A model generated the notes under the pieces. The model was not told where the DNA came from. It ran no database searches and was given only the letters and a program-made list of their open reading frames with translations. Both the position numbers and the translations under genes were made by a program. DNA of 64,000 bases from Candidatus Eiseniibacteriota bacterium. Lineage in GTDB: Bacteria; Eisenbacteria; RBG-16-71-46; JABDJR01. This document shows, piece by piece, positions 48,210-58,449 of the stretch (its first letter is position 1; each line of letters opens with the position of its first letter). The stretch spans positions 1,632,001-1,696,000 of the forward strand of contig CAVXKA010000001.1 of the NCBI GenBank assembly GCA_963762255.1, written 5' to 3'.

Positions 48210-49327
48210 GCCGGCACCCCCGGATGGTCGGGCAGGTCCAGCGTGACCACCGAGCCACGTCCGGGGACGGACTCGATGCGCACCTCGCCGCCGTGGAGTT
48301 CCATCACCCGTCGCACCATGGTCAACCCCAGTCCGAGCTGGCTCTCGTTGGTGGTGAAGAAGGGTTCGAATACGCGATCCCGAAGATTGGGGGAGATCCC
48401 GCTCCCGTCGTCGTGGATCTCCACGAGCCAGCGCGTCTCCGCGGCCAACGGCTGACGCTTGATCACGATGTGCACGGCGCCGGGACGCTCCATCGACTCC
48501 GCGGAGTTCTGCACCACATGAGCGATCGCGCGGGCGAATTGGGCCCGGTCGAGCCGCAAGGTCGGTGGATCCGGCGGGAACTGTCGCTTCACCGCCACCG
48601 ACTTGAGGCGGAGGATGGGTCGGGCCTCGTCAAGCCCCTGGTTGACCACCTCGGCCAGGTTGACCTCCTCGAACTCCGGCGCGGGCGGCAGCGCATAGGC
48701 CGCCAGAGAATCGAGGAAGAGCCTAATCCTGTGCATCTCCTGGCGAATCGTATCGATCTGCTTGGCACCCTCGTCGGCGGGGGGCACCAACTCCTCCAGG
48801 AAGTACAAGCTCATGTTGATCGATGCGAGGTGGTTGCGCACCCGATGGGCTACGTTGCGCGCGATGAGTCCCAGAGTTCCCGCCTTCTCCTCGGCGATAA
48901 GGCGCGCCTGCAAGGAGCGCTGCTCCGTGATGTCGCGGGCCACCGCCAGGATGAGGGGCGATTCGCCTGCGGGATCGCGCAGCACGCTCGTCTCCAAGAA
49001 AGCGGGGAAGCTGGAGCCGTCCTTGCGGACGCACGTGACCTCACCCTGCCAGCCGCCCGCCAGCGAGCTGTCCAGAATCTCGCGGAACTGCTCCTCGCTG
49101 ACCGTCCCCCCCCCCAAGACGTCCAGCCCGGCCCCTTCGATCTCCGCGCGGTCGCGCCCGATCCACTCCAGTGCCCGCCGGTTGATGTGTAGCACGCGCC
49201 CCTTGGTGTCGGTGACGGCAAGGCCGAGAGGGATGGCCTCCATAGCCCGAATGATGTCCGCGAGCGGGTCCGGCAGGCCTGAATTGGGTCGAAGTTGAAG
49301 ATGAAATTTGCTTTCCAAATTCGGCAA
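48206..49327 (-). CDS. PAS sensor histidine kinase with atypical H-box; start uncertain
   Basis: PAS/PAC, AHRVRNHL H-box, DDGSGI, FEPFFTT, GLGLGL; ATGA overlap with the response regulator. Confidence 0.88.
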   Translation of the reverse strand: MPNLESKFHLQLRPNSGLPDPLADIIRAMEAIPLGLAVTDTKGRVLHINRRALEWIGRDRAEIEGAGLDVLGGGTVSEEQFREILDSSLAGGWQGEVTCVRKDGSSFPAFLETSVLRDPAGESPLILAVARDITEQRSLQARLIAEEKAGTLGLIARNVAHRVRNHLASINMSLYFLEELVPPADEGAKQIDTIRQEMHRIRLFLDSLAAYALPPAPEFEEVNLAEVVNQGLDEARPILRLKSVAVKRQFPPDPPTLRLDRAQFARAIAHVVQNSAESMERPGAVHIVIKRQPLAAETRWLVEIHDDGSGISPNLRDRVFEPFFTTNESQLGLGLTMVRRVMELHGGEVRIESVPGRGSVVTLDLPDHPGVPA

Positions 49328-49365
49328 GCTCCAACGTGGTGGGAGCGCCCTACAGCAACACTGTC

Positions 49366-49394
49366 AACATAAGCGATCAGACCGCAATTTTCAA
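49366..49394 (-). promoter_or_regulatory. Putative sigma70 promoter of the HK-RR pair
   Basis: Minus strand TTGAAA-N17-TATGTT in an AT-rich patch. Confidence 0.5.
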
Positions 49395-49455
49395 GATAAG
49401 CAGGGGGCCGACGAGGGGGGCTGGACCCCAAGCGGGGGAGGAGGCGGGCAGGCGA

Positions 49456-49650
49456 TCAGGCCTGCGGTTGGTGACCCACCATCCGCGCCTTGGCCGGGGC
49501 ATCTCCGAAGGCGGGGCACTCCGGGCGCAAGGGGCAGTCGCACGGCCCCCCCTCGATGGGGCACCCACCGACGACACGGTTGTCGTGGCGGCAATAGAAC
49601 GAGGTATTGCCTCCGAGCGGTTCGTTCTTCCGGGTCCAGAAAACTCGCAT
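49456..49650 (-). CDS. Small Cys-rich protein (64 aa)
   Basis: GGAGGG RBS before ATG 49650; five Cys; canonical sigma54 promoter about 50 nt upstream. Confidence 0.65.
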   Translation of the reverse strand: MRVFWTRKNEPLGGNTSFYCRHDNRVVGGCPIEGGPCDCPLRPECPAFGDAPAKARMVGHQPQA

Positions 49651-49701
49651 GCTCCCTCCGGTCGGGATCGGGCTGCTGACCGTGCTTCGCCCACAAACCC
49701 A

Positions 49702-49717
49702 TGCAACGCACGTGCCG
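49702..49717 (-). promoter_or_regulatory. Sigma54 -24/-12 promoter
   Basis: Minus strand CGGCACG-tgcg-TTGCA. Confidence 0.75.
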
Positions 49718-49944
49718 CTGTAATGAGAGCGTCGCCACGGAAAGGGAGGGGATCCACCGAATCGCGGAAGCTGTTGTCGCCCGTCGGATTGGCAGCTCGG
49801 AAGGAACATCGGCGAGGCGGCGGAGCCCGTGTCCCGGAATTGGAACTACCCGAGCGCCGGGCCCGCTGGTGGAAAATGCCCCACCGGCACCGGCTGATTT
49901 CGTGCCTGTGCCGCTGGCGGCGGTGCGAGGGAGGAGAACTCCCT

Positions 49945-49972
49945 TCAAGTCCCCTCCTCTATCCGCCGATAT
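49945..49972 (+). promoter_or_regulatory. Sigma28 (FliA/SigD-type) promoter upstream of the MglA-like gene
   Basis: TCAAG-N15-GCCGATAT, about 75 nt before the ATG. Confidence 0.65.
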
Positions 49973-50045
49973 TCATACGTACGGGAAAACGCTTCCGGCC
50001 CGCCGGTCGCAGCAACACTCCAACGCAACGCAGGGGGTTCTTTCC

Positions 50046-51320
50046 ATGGTCGTCGTGTCGTATTCGGGGAAAGAGATCAACGCGAAGCTGGTCTATTACG
50101 GCCCGGGCTTGAGCGGAAAGACGACCAATCTCGAGTACATCTATCAGAGCGTTCCCACCAATAACCGCGGCAAGATGGTCTCGATGAAGACCCGGACGGA
50201 GCGGACCCTCTTCTTCGATTTTCTCCCCGTCGACCTCGGCGAAATGGGTGGTTTCAAGACACGGTTCCTTCTGTACACCGTTCCCGGACAGGTCTACTAC
50301 AACGCGACCCGCAAGCTCGTGCTGCGCGGCGTCGACGCCATCATCTTCGTTGCCGACTCGGCGCGCGGGAAGATGGACGAAAACGTGGAGTCGCTGCAGA
50401 ACCTGCAGGACAACCTCAAAGAGTACGGACTCAACGTCGAGGAGTTCCCGCTCGTCCTTCAGTACAACAAGCGGGACGTGGACGACCCGTACACCATCGA
50501 GGAGATGGAGAGCGCGCTGAACCCGCGCGGAATGCCCTACTTCGAGGCTGTGGCGACGACGGGGAAGGGCGTCTTCGAGACGTTCCGAGGCATCTCCCAG
50601 GTTCTGCTCCAGAAGCTGAGCAAGGAAGTCCGGCTCGGCGAGACCCGCGCGACCCATTCCAAGCCGACCTCCAGACCGACCCCCGTGGCCGTCGCCAGGC
50701 CGGCTGTTCCGCCCCCCCTTGCGACGAGGAGCGCCGCTGCGCCCGTCGTTCCAGTGACAGACACGCCGCCGGCCCCCCGGGCGGCAGAGCCCCTTGCGCC
50801 GCCGCTCCCGTTGGTCGAGGAGCGCCTCGCGGTTGCCTCGGAGCCGATTCACTTCGAAGCTCCTCCCCCAGAGCCGGTCCGGGAGCCGGAGGCTCCGGTC
50901 GTGGAGGAGGTGCTGGTCGAGGCTGCCGAGCCTGCGAGCGAAGCTCCCGCGATCGAGCCCCTGACCCTCGCACCGGAGCGCGCGGCGGTCACGGAACCCC
51001 ATCTCGTCGAGGTGGAGGCCGTGGTGTCGGCCCCATCCCTGGACACAGACGAGCATCGGGGCGGGTTCTGGAGCAAGTTCCGGCGCCACAAGGTGCAGCC
51101 GCCGGAGCCGGTGCCCGCGTCCGCCCCGAAAGCGGAGCTGGCCCCGGTCGAGATCCCTGCGGTGGGGGGCTCGGGGGACTTCGCCCCGGTCACCATCGAG
51201 CGACGCATCCAGGTGCCGATCACCCTCGGCCCGGACGAGGTCGTGCGCGGCGCCCGGCTTCGCCTCGTGCTCGAGATCAAGGTCGAGGCAGCCGCGGAGA
51301 AGCACTCCAAGGTTGCCTAG
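50046..51320 (+). CDS. mglA: MglA-family small GTPase with Pro/Ala/Glu-rich C-terminal extension
   Basis: KEINAKLVYYGPGLSGKTTNL, ERTLFFDF, YTVPGQVYY, QYNKRD, EAVA motifs. Confidence 0.9.
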   Translation: MVVVSYSGKEINAKLVYYGPGLSGKTTNLEYIYQSVPTNNRGKMVSMKTRTERTLFFDFLPVDLGEMGGFKTRFLLYTVPGQVYYNATRKLVLRGVDAIIFVADSARGKMDENVESLQNLQDNLKEYGLNVEEFPLVLQYNKRDVDDPYTIEEMESALNPRGMPYFEAVATTGKGVFETFRGISQVLLQKLSKEVRLGETRATHSKPTSRPTPVAVARPAVPPPLATRSAAAPVVPVTDTPPAPRAAEPLAPPLPLVEERLAVASEPIHFEAPPPEPVREPEAPVVEEVLVEAAEPASEAPAIEPLTLAPERAAVTEPHLVEVEAVVSAPSLDTDEHRGGFWSKFRRHKVQPPEPVPASAPKAELAPVEIPAVGGSGDFAPVTIERRIQVPITLGPDEVVRGARLRLVLEIKVEAAAEKHSKVA

Positions 51321-51351
51321 ATCTCGCAGATTATTCGGAACCGACCTTCCA

Positions 51352-51378
51352 CGGCGGGGACCCAGCGGGTCCCCGCCG
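51352..51378 (+). terminator. Perfect 12-bp hairpin after the MglA-like gene
   Basis: CGGCGGGGACCC-agc-GGGTCCCCGCCG; no strong U-tract. Confidence 0.5.
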
Positions 51379-51486
51379 CTGTATAAGGGCCCGAGGAGGC
51401 GATCGTGGCGCCGGTCGGTTGACTCGGCTTCGCTCTCTCCCTTACTCTCAAGCGCAACCACTTCTCGGCTTGGAGCGGAGATCATC

Positions 51487-52044
51487 ATGATGCGTTCCGG
51501 CGGTTTCGGTTCTTCCCTGCGTGTTTCCCGCCTCGGTGCGGGTTGGATGAGCGTGATCGGGTGCCTCGCCGTGTTGGCCTTCGCAGTGGGCCCCGCTTCC
51601 GCCGGCGATACCGGGGCGGCCGTGCCGCCCGCGCTGCAGGGCTTCGCCAGCACGCCCTCGGCGGGTCTTCTCAACTCAGGGTTGATCGATCTCTCTCGCT
51701 TCGACGTTCGCCACAGCCTCAGCTACTCGATGTCCTCGGGAAGCGGCTACCGGTCGCAGTCGGCGGGTTTGTGGCAGAGCGAACTCGGCTACCGCATCTC
51801 GGATCCTCTGCGCGTCTCGCTCAGCGTCGGCGCCACCATTACCCCCGGCGGCGAGTCGCTTTTCAACGAGAGAAGCGTGTTCCTGCAAGGGTTCAATCTG
51901 GACTACCGGCCGAGCAAGAATTTCATGCTCAACATCTCCTACATCAACATGCCTCCGGAAGCGGCTCAGGCGCTCGGCTATGGTGCTGCGCCGTACCGCT
52001 ACTCCCGCCGGCCCTGGGATTCGCCGCTGGATCCCGACCGTTGA
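51487..52044 (+). CDS. Secreted hypothetical protein, beta-strand rich
   Basis: GGAG RBS, signal peptide (CLAVLAFAVGPASA), alternating-pattern strands (LGYRISDPLRVSLSVG, LDYRPSKNFMLNISY). Confidence 0.7.
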   Translation: MMRSGGFGSSLRVSRLGAGWMSVIGCLAVLAFAVGPASAGDTGAAVPPALQGFASTPSAGLLNSGLIDLSRFDVRHSLSYSMSSGSGYRSQSAGLWQSELGYRISDPLRVSLSVGATITPGGESLFNERSVFLQGFNLDYRPSKNFMLNISYINMPPEAAQALGYGAAPYRYSRRPWDSPLDPDR

Positions 52045-53183
52045 GACTGCGCGGCTCCCCTCCTCCGTCCCTCAGTGCAACCGTCTCCACCCGCGATCTC
52101 AAGGACCGCGCCGAGGACACTGCGCGTCGCTTGCGCCAGGAGCCGGGACGCCTCGATCTGGCCATCGAGCTGGCCCAGACGCTCGAACGCCTCGGCGAAT
52201 ACCACGACGCGCTCCGAGTGCTCGAGCGCATGGCCGGACGCGGGGCCGCCACTCCCGAACTCGCGCGGCTGCGCGCGGAGTGCCTGCGCCGCGTGGGCAA
52301 GGCCGCCGATGCGGTGGCGCTTCTCGACGAAGCGCACGACATCCTGCGCGAGAGCGCTCCGGGTTGGATCACGCGCGCACGCTGTCTCGCCGACGCGGGC
52401 CGCTCCGAAGAATCGGTAGAGGCCGCGCGCGAGGCGACCCGACTCGAGCCGGAGAGCGCGGAGGCACAGTACGCGTTCGGTGTGGCGCTCGCGCGCGCGG
52501 GTCGCGCCCACGAGGCGGAGCAGGCCTATCACCGCGCGCTGCGCGTCGATCCCGATCTCGCCAAGGCGCACATCAACCTCGGCATCCTCTACGACCAGCT
52601 TGGACGCAAAGAGGACGCGGTGGCCGCGCTGCGCAGGGCCACGGTGTGCGACCCCGACTGCGCGGCCGGGCACGCGAACCTCGGCGCGATCTACGGCGAA
52701 CAGGGGCGGCGTGAAGAGGCCTATGCCGAACTCGAGCGCGCGCTCCAGATCGACCCGCGCGCGACCGAAGTGCTCTTCAACCTTGCGTTGCTCTATCTGG
52801 ACGACGGCCGCCTCGAGGACGCGATGATCGCGCTCGAGGAAGCGCATCGCTTCGCACCGGAAGACGCGCGCATTCTCTACTACTCGGGCGTGCTCGCGCT
52901 GCGGCAGGGGCGCTACGCCGAGACCGCGGAGATCTTCGCCGAGTACACCAAGCTCATGCCCGACGACGCTCGCGGCCACTACCACCTGGGTGTGGGGCGC
53001 CTGCGGCTCGGCAGCCTCAGCGACGCCGTGCGCAGCCTGCAGCGCGCGGTGACGATCGATCCAGCCCACCAGCGCGCGCACTATTACCTCGGCGTCGTCC
53101 TGGATCGCCAGGGACTGAAGCACGAGGCCCGTCGCGCCTATCAGGCCGCCGATCGTCTGGATCGCGGCTCCTCGCTGGAATAG
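52041..53183 (+). CDS. TPR protein; start uncertain
   Basis: About nine canonical TPRs (AHINLGILY, GHANLGAIY, AHYYLGVVL). Confidence 0.85.
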   Translation: MRLRGSPPPSLSATVSTRDLKDRAEDTARRLRQEPGRLDLAIELAQTLERLGEYHDALRVLERMAGRGAATPELARLRAECLRRVGKAADAVALLDEAHDILRESAPGWITRARCLADAGRSEESVEAAREATRLEPESAEAQYAFGVALARAGRAHEAEQAYHRALRVDPDLAKAHINLGILYDQLGRKEDAVAALRRATVCDPDCAAGHANLGAIYGEQGRREEAYAELERALQIDPRATEVLFNLALLYLDDGRLEDAMIALEEAHRFAPEDARILYYSGVLALRQGRYAETAEIFAEYTKLMPDDARGHYHLGVGRLRLGSLSDAVRSLQRAVTIDPAHQRAHYYLGVVLDRQGLKHEARRAYQAADRLDRGSSLE

Positions 53184-53188
53184 CGCGC

Positions 53189-53986
53189 GTGACACCCTTC
53201 GACGCGCTGTGGCTGGGACTCGTCCAGGGACTCACCGAGTTCCTGCCGGTGTCCTCCTCCGGGCATCTCGTTCTCGCGGGACGCCTGCTCCACCTGACCA
53301 TGAACGGCGTGGCGTTCGAGATCTGGCTCCACGTGGCCACGCTGAGCGCGGTGGTGGCGGCCCTGTGGCGCGACATCGCCGGCATCGTGCGCGGCGTTCT
53401 TCCCGGCGCACCGCGGGAGGCCAAGCGCTCGGCATGGGTGTTCGTGGGTGCCATCTTCGTGGGCACGCTTCCCGCGGTGGCGGTCGGACTCTTCGCCAAG
53501 GACGCGGTGGAGGCGGCGTTTTCCAGCGTGCGGCTGGTGGGGATCGATCTTCTCATCACCGCGGTGATCCTGAGTCTCTCGCGGTTGCGGCGGCCGGGCG
53601 ATGCGCCGCTCACGCTCAAGCGCGGGTTCCTGATCGGCGTGGCGCAGGCGATAGCCATTCTTCCTGGGGTGAGCCGCTCCGGCTCCACCCTCGCCGCGGG
53701 TTCGCTGCTCGGCCTGCGCGGGGCTGACGCCGCACGCTTCTCGTTCCTTCTTTCTGTCCCCGCCATCCTCGGCGCCGTGGTGCTGGACGCGCACGAGCTG
53801 AGCGCGCTCGGGCAGAACGAGCCTCTGGCGCTAGCCATCGGGTTTATCGCCGCAGCGGTGAGCGGCTACCTCGCGATCCGAATCGTGTGGCGGGTCATGG
53901 AGCGGGGACGCCTCGCCGTGTTCGCCCCCTATTGCGCGATCGTGGGGATCATCGCCATCCTGATCGGCGGCACCGTTCCCCGCTGA
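53189..53986 (+). CDS. uppP: Undecaprenyl-diphosphatase
   Basis: GLVQGLTEFLPVSSSGHL, PGVSRSGST, AARFSFLLSVP. Confidence 0.96.
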   Translation: MTPFDALWLGLVQGLTEFLPVSSSGHLVLAGRLLHLTMNGVAFEIWLHVATLSAVVAALWRDIAGIVRGVLPGAPREAKRSAWVFVGAIFVGTLPAVAVGLFAKDAVEAAFSSVRLVGIDLLITAVILSLSRLRRPGDAPLTLKRGFLIGVAQAIAILPGVSRSGSTLAAGSLLGLRGADAARFSFLLSVPAILGAVVLDAHELSALGQNEPLALAIGFIAAAVSGYLAIRIVWRVMERGRLAVFAPYCAIVGIIAILIGGTVPR

Positions 53987-54009
53987 GCGATTCGCGATCG
54001 GAGCCCGGC

Positions 54010-54867
54010 ATGACTTCCTCGCTGATTCTGGGTTGCGGCTACCTGGGCGCGCGGCTCGCCCGAGTCTTGATCGCGCGAGGCCACGAGGTGGTGGGCACGA
54101 CGAGGAGCGGCGTCCCGCGTCCGGTTGACGCGAGCGGCGGTGCGACGCCCGCACGCTGGGATAGCGCCGCTCCCGACGCCGAGCCCACGCTCGAAGCGCT
54201 CGCCCGCAACGCGGCGTGGGTGTTCTTCACCGCGGCGCCCTCGGCGGGTGCGAGCTACGAGAGCGTCTACCGCGCCGCCGCGCTGCACATGGCCGCAGTG
54301 ATGCCGCGCACCGCGGTGCGGGCGGTCGTGATGATCTCGAGCACGTCGGTGTATGGTGTGGCCGACGGATCGTGGATCGATGAGGACACGCCGGCCGAGC
54401 CGACGCGCGGTGGTGGCGCGATCCTTCTGGCGGCCGAGCGGACACTGCTTGAAGTTGCCGGTCTTCCCGCGCGCATCGTGCGCGCCGCGGGCATCTACGG
54501 GCCGGGGCGGGCGCCGTTGTCGCGTGTGCGTGAGGGCGCGCCTGTCTCCGGCTCCGGCGCGACGCGGGTGAACCTCATCCACGTGGAAGACCTGGCGACC
54601 ATCGCGGTCGCCGCGGCGGAACGCGGCGTGGACGGGCGCATCTACCTTGCCGCCGACGGCGCACCGGTGCGGCGCGCGGACTACTACGCGGAGGCGGCGT
54701 GTTTGATCGAGGCGCCCGAGCCCCTCTTCGCCTGCGGCGACGCGGGGCCGCATGCCGAGGGGTTGGGCAAGCGTGTCAGCTCGCGGCGCACGCTCGAGGA
54801 GCTGGGGGTGACGCTGCGATATCCTGACTACCGGGCGGGGTTGCGCGCGTCGCTGCCGGGCGAGTAG
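54010..54867 (+). CDS. NAD-dependent epimerase/dehydratase (atypical SDR, YeeZ-like)
   Basis: ILGCGYLG, ISSTSVYG, GIYGPGR, NLIHVEDLA, GKRV...YPDYRAG. Confidence 0.88.
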   Translation: MTSSLILGCGYLGARLARVLIARGHEVVGTTRSGVPRPVDASGGATPARWDSAAPDAEPTLEALARNAAWVFFTAAPSAGASYESVYRAAALHMAAVMPRTAVRAVVMISSTSVYGVADGSWIDEDTPAEPTRGGGAILLAAERTLLEVAGLPARIVRAAGIYGPGRAPLSRVREGAPVSGSGATRVNLIHVEDLATIAVAAAERGVDGRIYLAADGAPVRRADYYAEAACLIEAPEPLFACGDAGPHAEGLGKRVSSRRTLEELGVTLRYPDYRAGLRASLPGE

Positions 54868-55138
54868 TCGCTGCGCTTCGTGTGCCGCTTAGCGCGATGT
54901 CGCCGTGCGTGCTCGCGAACGGGTCCCGCTAAAGCGCCCGTCCGCTGCGCGCGCACGGCGAACCTCGCGCTCGCGGCACTCGATCCCGCTCACCACCGGC
55001 CGACCCGCGAACACGCTACGCGCCGCGCGCATGACGGCGCCAGTTCACCCCATCGAGCGTCGCGTTGCGCCCGCCGCGCCTCAGAGGCCCTTCGTCGTTC
55101 GCGGGGCGATCCGGCTGCGCCGCGCCCGCGCACCCATC

Positions 55139-55246
55139 AGTCCACCCGGCTGGACTCGTGCGATGCGTGATGATCACCCGGGTGATCATTGGCGCACTCG
55201 CGCGGCCACCCGGGTGAGCGCGGCCGACGGGCGACCCACCCGGGTG
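55139..55246. repeat. Array of four palindromic CACCCGG[GC]TG cores with ~32-bp period
   Basis: Cores start at 55143, 55175, 55207 and 55237. Confidence 0.75.
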
Positions 55247-55417
55247 CCGGCGCGCCACCGCCCGCTCCGCTCTCGCTATCGGACCGGCCCCCGGTTAGCT
55301 AGAATGCGGGGGTCTTGCGGCGTCCGGCCATGAGGAGGGGGTTTCCGTGAAGGCTGAATTCCTGCTCGCGGAGCGCTTAGCGGCGGCGGTCATCCGCCGC
55401 GCACGCCGGGCTGCACG

Positions 55418-56617
55418 GTGAACGCCCCGAAGGATTCCGGTCTCGAGAAGTCCGCTCTCATCCGGGAGCTGGCCGACCTCTCGCGCTTCACCGAGGGGAT
55501 CCTGCGCACGATGGGCTCCGCGGTGATCGCAGTGAACCCGCAGGGGCGCATCGACTATGTGAACCCGGCGGCGGAGTCGCTTCTGGGGCGCGGGGCGGTC
55601 GATCTCCTCAACCGTCCCGCGGACGACGTTCTCCGCACGCGCGGCGGCGGGAGCCTCCTCGGCGATCTCGCGCAACCGGGCGACGCCTCCGGCGAAGTCG
55701 ACTTGAAGCTCGGCGACGGCCGCATGGTCACCGTGGACGTGCGGGTGAACCGGCACGAAGGGAAAGACGGCGAAGAGGAGGGGGTCGTAATGATCCTCAC
55801 CGACCGCACGGATCTCAAGCGGGCTGAGGAAGAAGCGCGCCGCAAGGATCGTCTGGCTTCCCTCGGTGAACTCTCGGCGGGAATGGCCCACGAGATCCGT
55901 AACCCGCTGGCGGGGATCGCGGCAAGCGCGCAGCTCCTGCACAAGCGGCTCGCCGAGGACGACACGCGCCGCCGCTTCGCCGAGGTCATCCTGGAGGAGG
56001 CGGCCCGCCTCGACCGCATCGTGGACAGCCTGCTCCGCTACGCGAGCCCTCCGGCTCCGCAGTTGGCGGAGGACAGCATGGCGCGCTGCGTCGAGCGCGC
56101 GCTGGCGCTGGTGCGGGACGATGCCGAGCGCTTCCATATCGCGGTGACGCGCGACTTCGACACCGAGCTGCCCAGGATCTGGATCGACGGGGACCAGATG
56201 GTGCAGGTCGTGCTCAATCTCCTTCGCAACGCCGTGCAGGCGATGGAAGAAGAAGGGGGCACGTTGCGCGTGGCGCTGCGGCGCGAGAGCCGGCGGCCCT
56301 ATGTCCGACGCCGCGTCGGCCGTCGCGAGGAGGACGGGGGCGGGCTTCCGCGGGGCCAGGCTCCACTTCAGGACTGGGTCGAACTCGAGATTTCCGACTC
56401 GGGCCACGGCGTCCCCGCCGAGGCGCTGGAACGCATCTTCGATCCCTTCTTCACCACGCGGCGGTCGGGCACCGGCCTCGGCCTGCCCATCACGCAAGCC
56501 ATCGTGCACGAGCACGGGGGTATGATCACCCTGAGCAGCGAACCCGATCGGGGGACGACCGTGCTGGTGGATCTTCCCCTTGAAAAGCGGCAAGGCCGCC
56601 GCCGCGACGGCGTGTAA
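55418..56617 (+). CDS. Cytoplasmic PAS sensor histidine kinase (NtrB/AtoS-like)
   Basis: PAS, AHEIRNPL, NLLRNA, DSGHG, FDPFFTT, GTGLGL. Confidence 0.93.
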   Translation: MNAPKDSGLEKSALIRELADLSRFTEGILRTMGSAVIAVNPQGRIDYVNPAAESLLGRGAVDLLNRPADDVLRTRGGGSLLGDLAQPGDASGEVDLKLGDGRMVTVDVRVNRHEGKDGEEEGVVMILTDRTDLKRAEEEARRKDRLASLGELSAGMAHEIRNPLAGIAASAQLLHKRLAEDDTRRRFAEVILEEAARLDRIVDSLLRYASPPAPQLAEDSMARCVERALALVRDDAERFHIAVTRDFDTELPRIWIDGDQMVQVVLNLLRNAVQAMEEEGGTLRVALRRESRRPYVRRRVGRREEDGGGLPRGQAPLQDWVELEISDSGHGVPAEALERIFDPFFTTRRSGTGLGLPITQAIVHEHGGMITLSSEPDRGTTVLVDLPLEKRQGRRRDGV

Positions 56618-56630
56618 GCGAGGAGCGCGC

Positions 56631-58049
<1,419 letters not shown>

Positions 58050-58240
58050 GCGCGAGGGGCCCGCGGTCCCTTCCGCGGAGGACCAGGCTATAGGAACCGG
58101 CGCCCCCCCGTGGGTGGTCGAATTCTTACCAGTGCCCCGTGGAAGAGCCGGCGTTCGGCCAGTTCCTGACCCCCCGGCCTGCCCGATTGAACCGGGTACT
58201 CTCCCGGGAATGGGGCGTCGAATCGTGGAGGGGTCCTGGT

Positions 58241-58336
58241 CTTTAACTTATTATTTGTAATTGAGTTATCTCCGGTCAGTCGCGGCTTCCTTGCCGGACT
58301 CATCCCCTCTCCCCGAGCCCTGGCCCCCTCTTTGCA
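58241..58336 (+). promoter_or_regulatory. Sigma54 promoter with upstream AT-rich (IHF-like) tract driving flhG-fliA
   Basis: CTGGC-cccctct-TTGCA at 58320-58336 (GG-N10-GC); AT-rich ctttaacttattatttgtaattgagttat at 58241-58269. Confidence 0.6.
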
Positions 58337-58449
58337 AATGAAGAAACCCGCGACCGGCGAGGCAACTTGACCTGCCGATTGCGGGGGGCCCGGCGCCGCC
58401 AGGCGACCGGGATTGCGAGAGGCCCGACGAATCCCAGGGGAGCCCACAC

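Noticed and set aside
58330-58440. c-di-GMP riboswitch in the flhG leader
   Set aside because: No GEMM-type GGCAAA...GAAA...GACGCAAAG core could be matched by eye.
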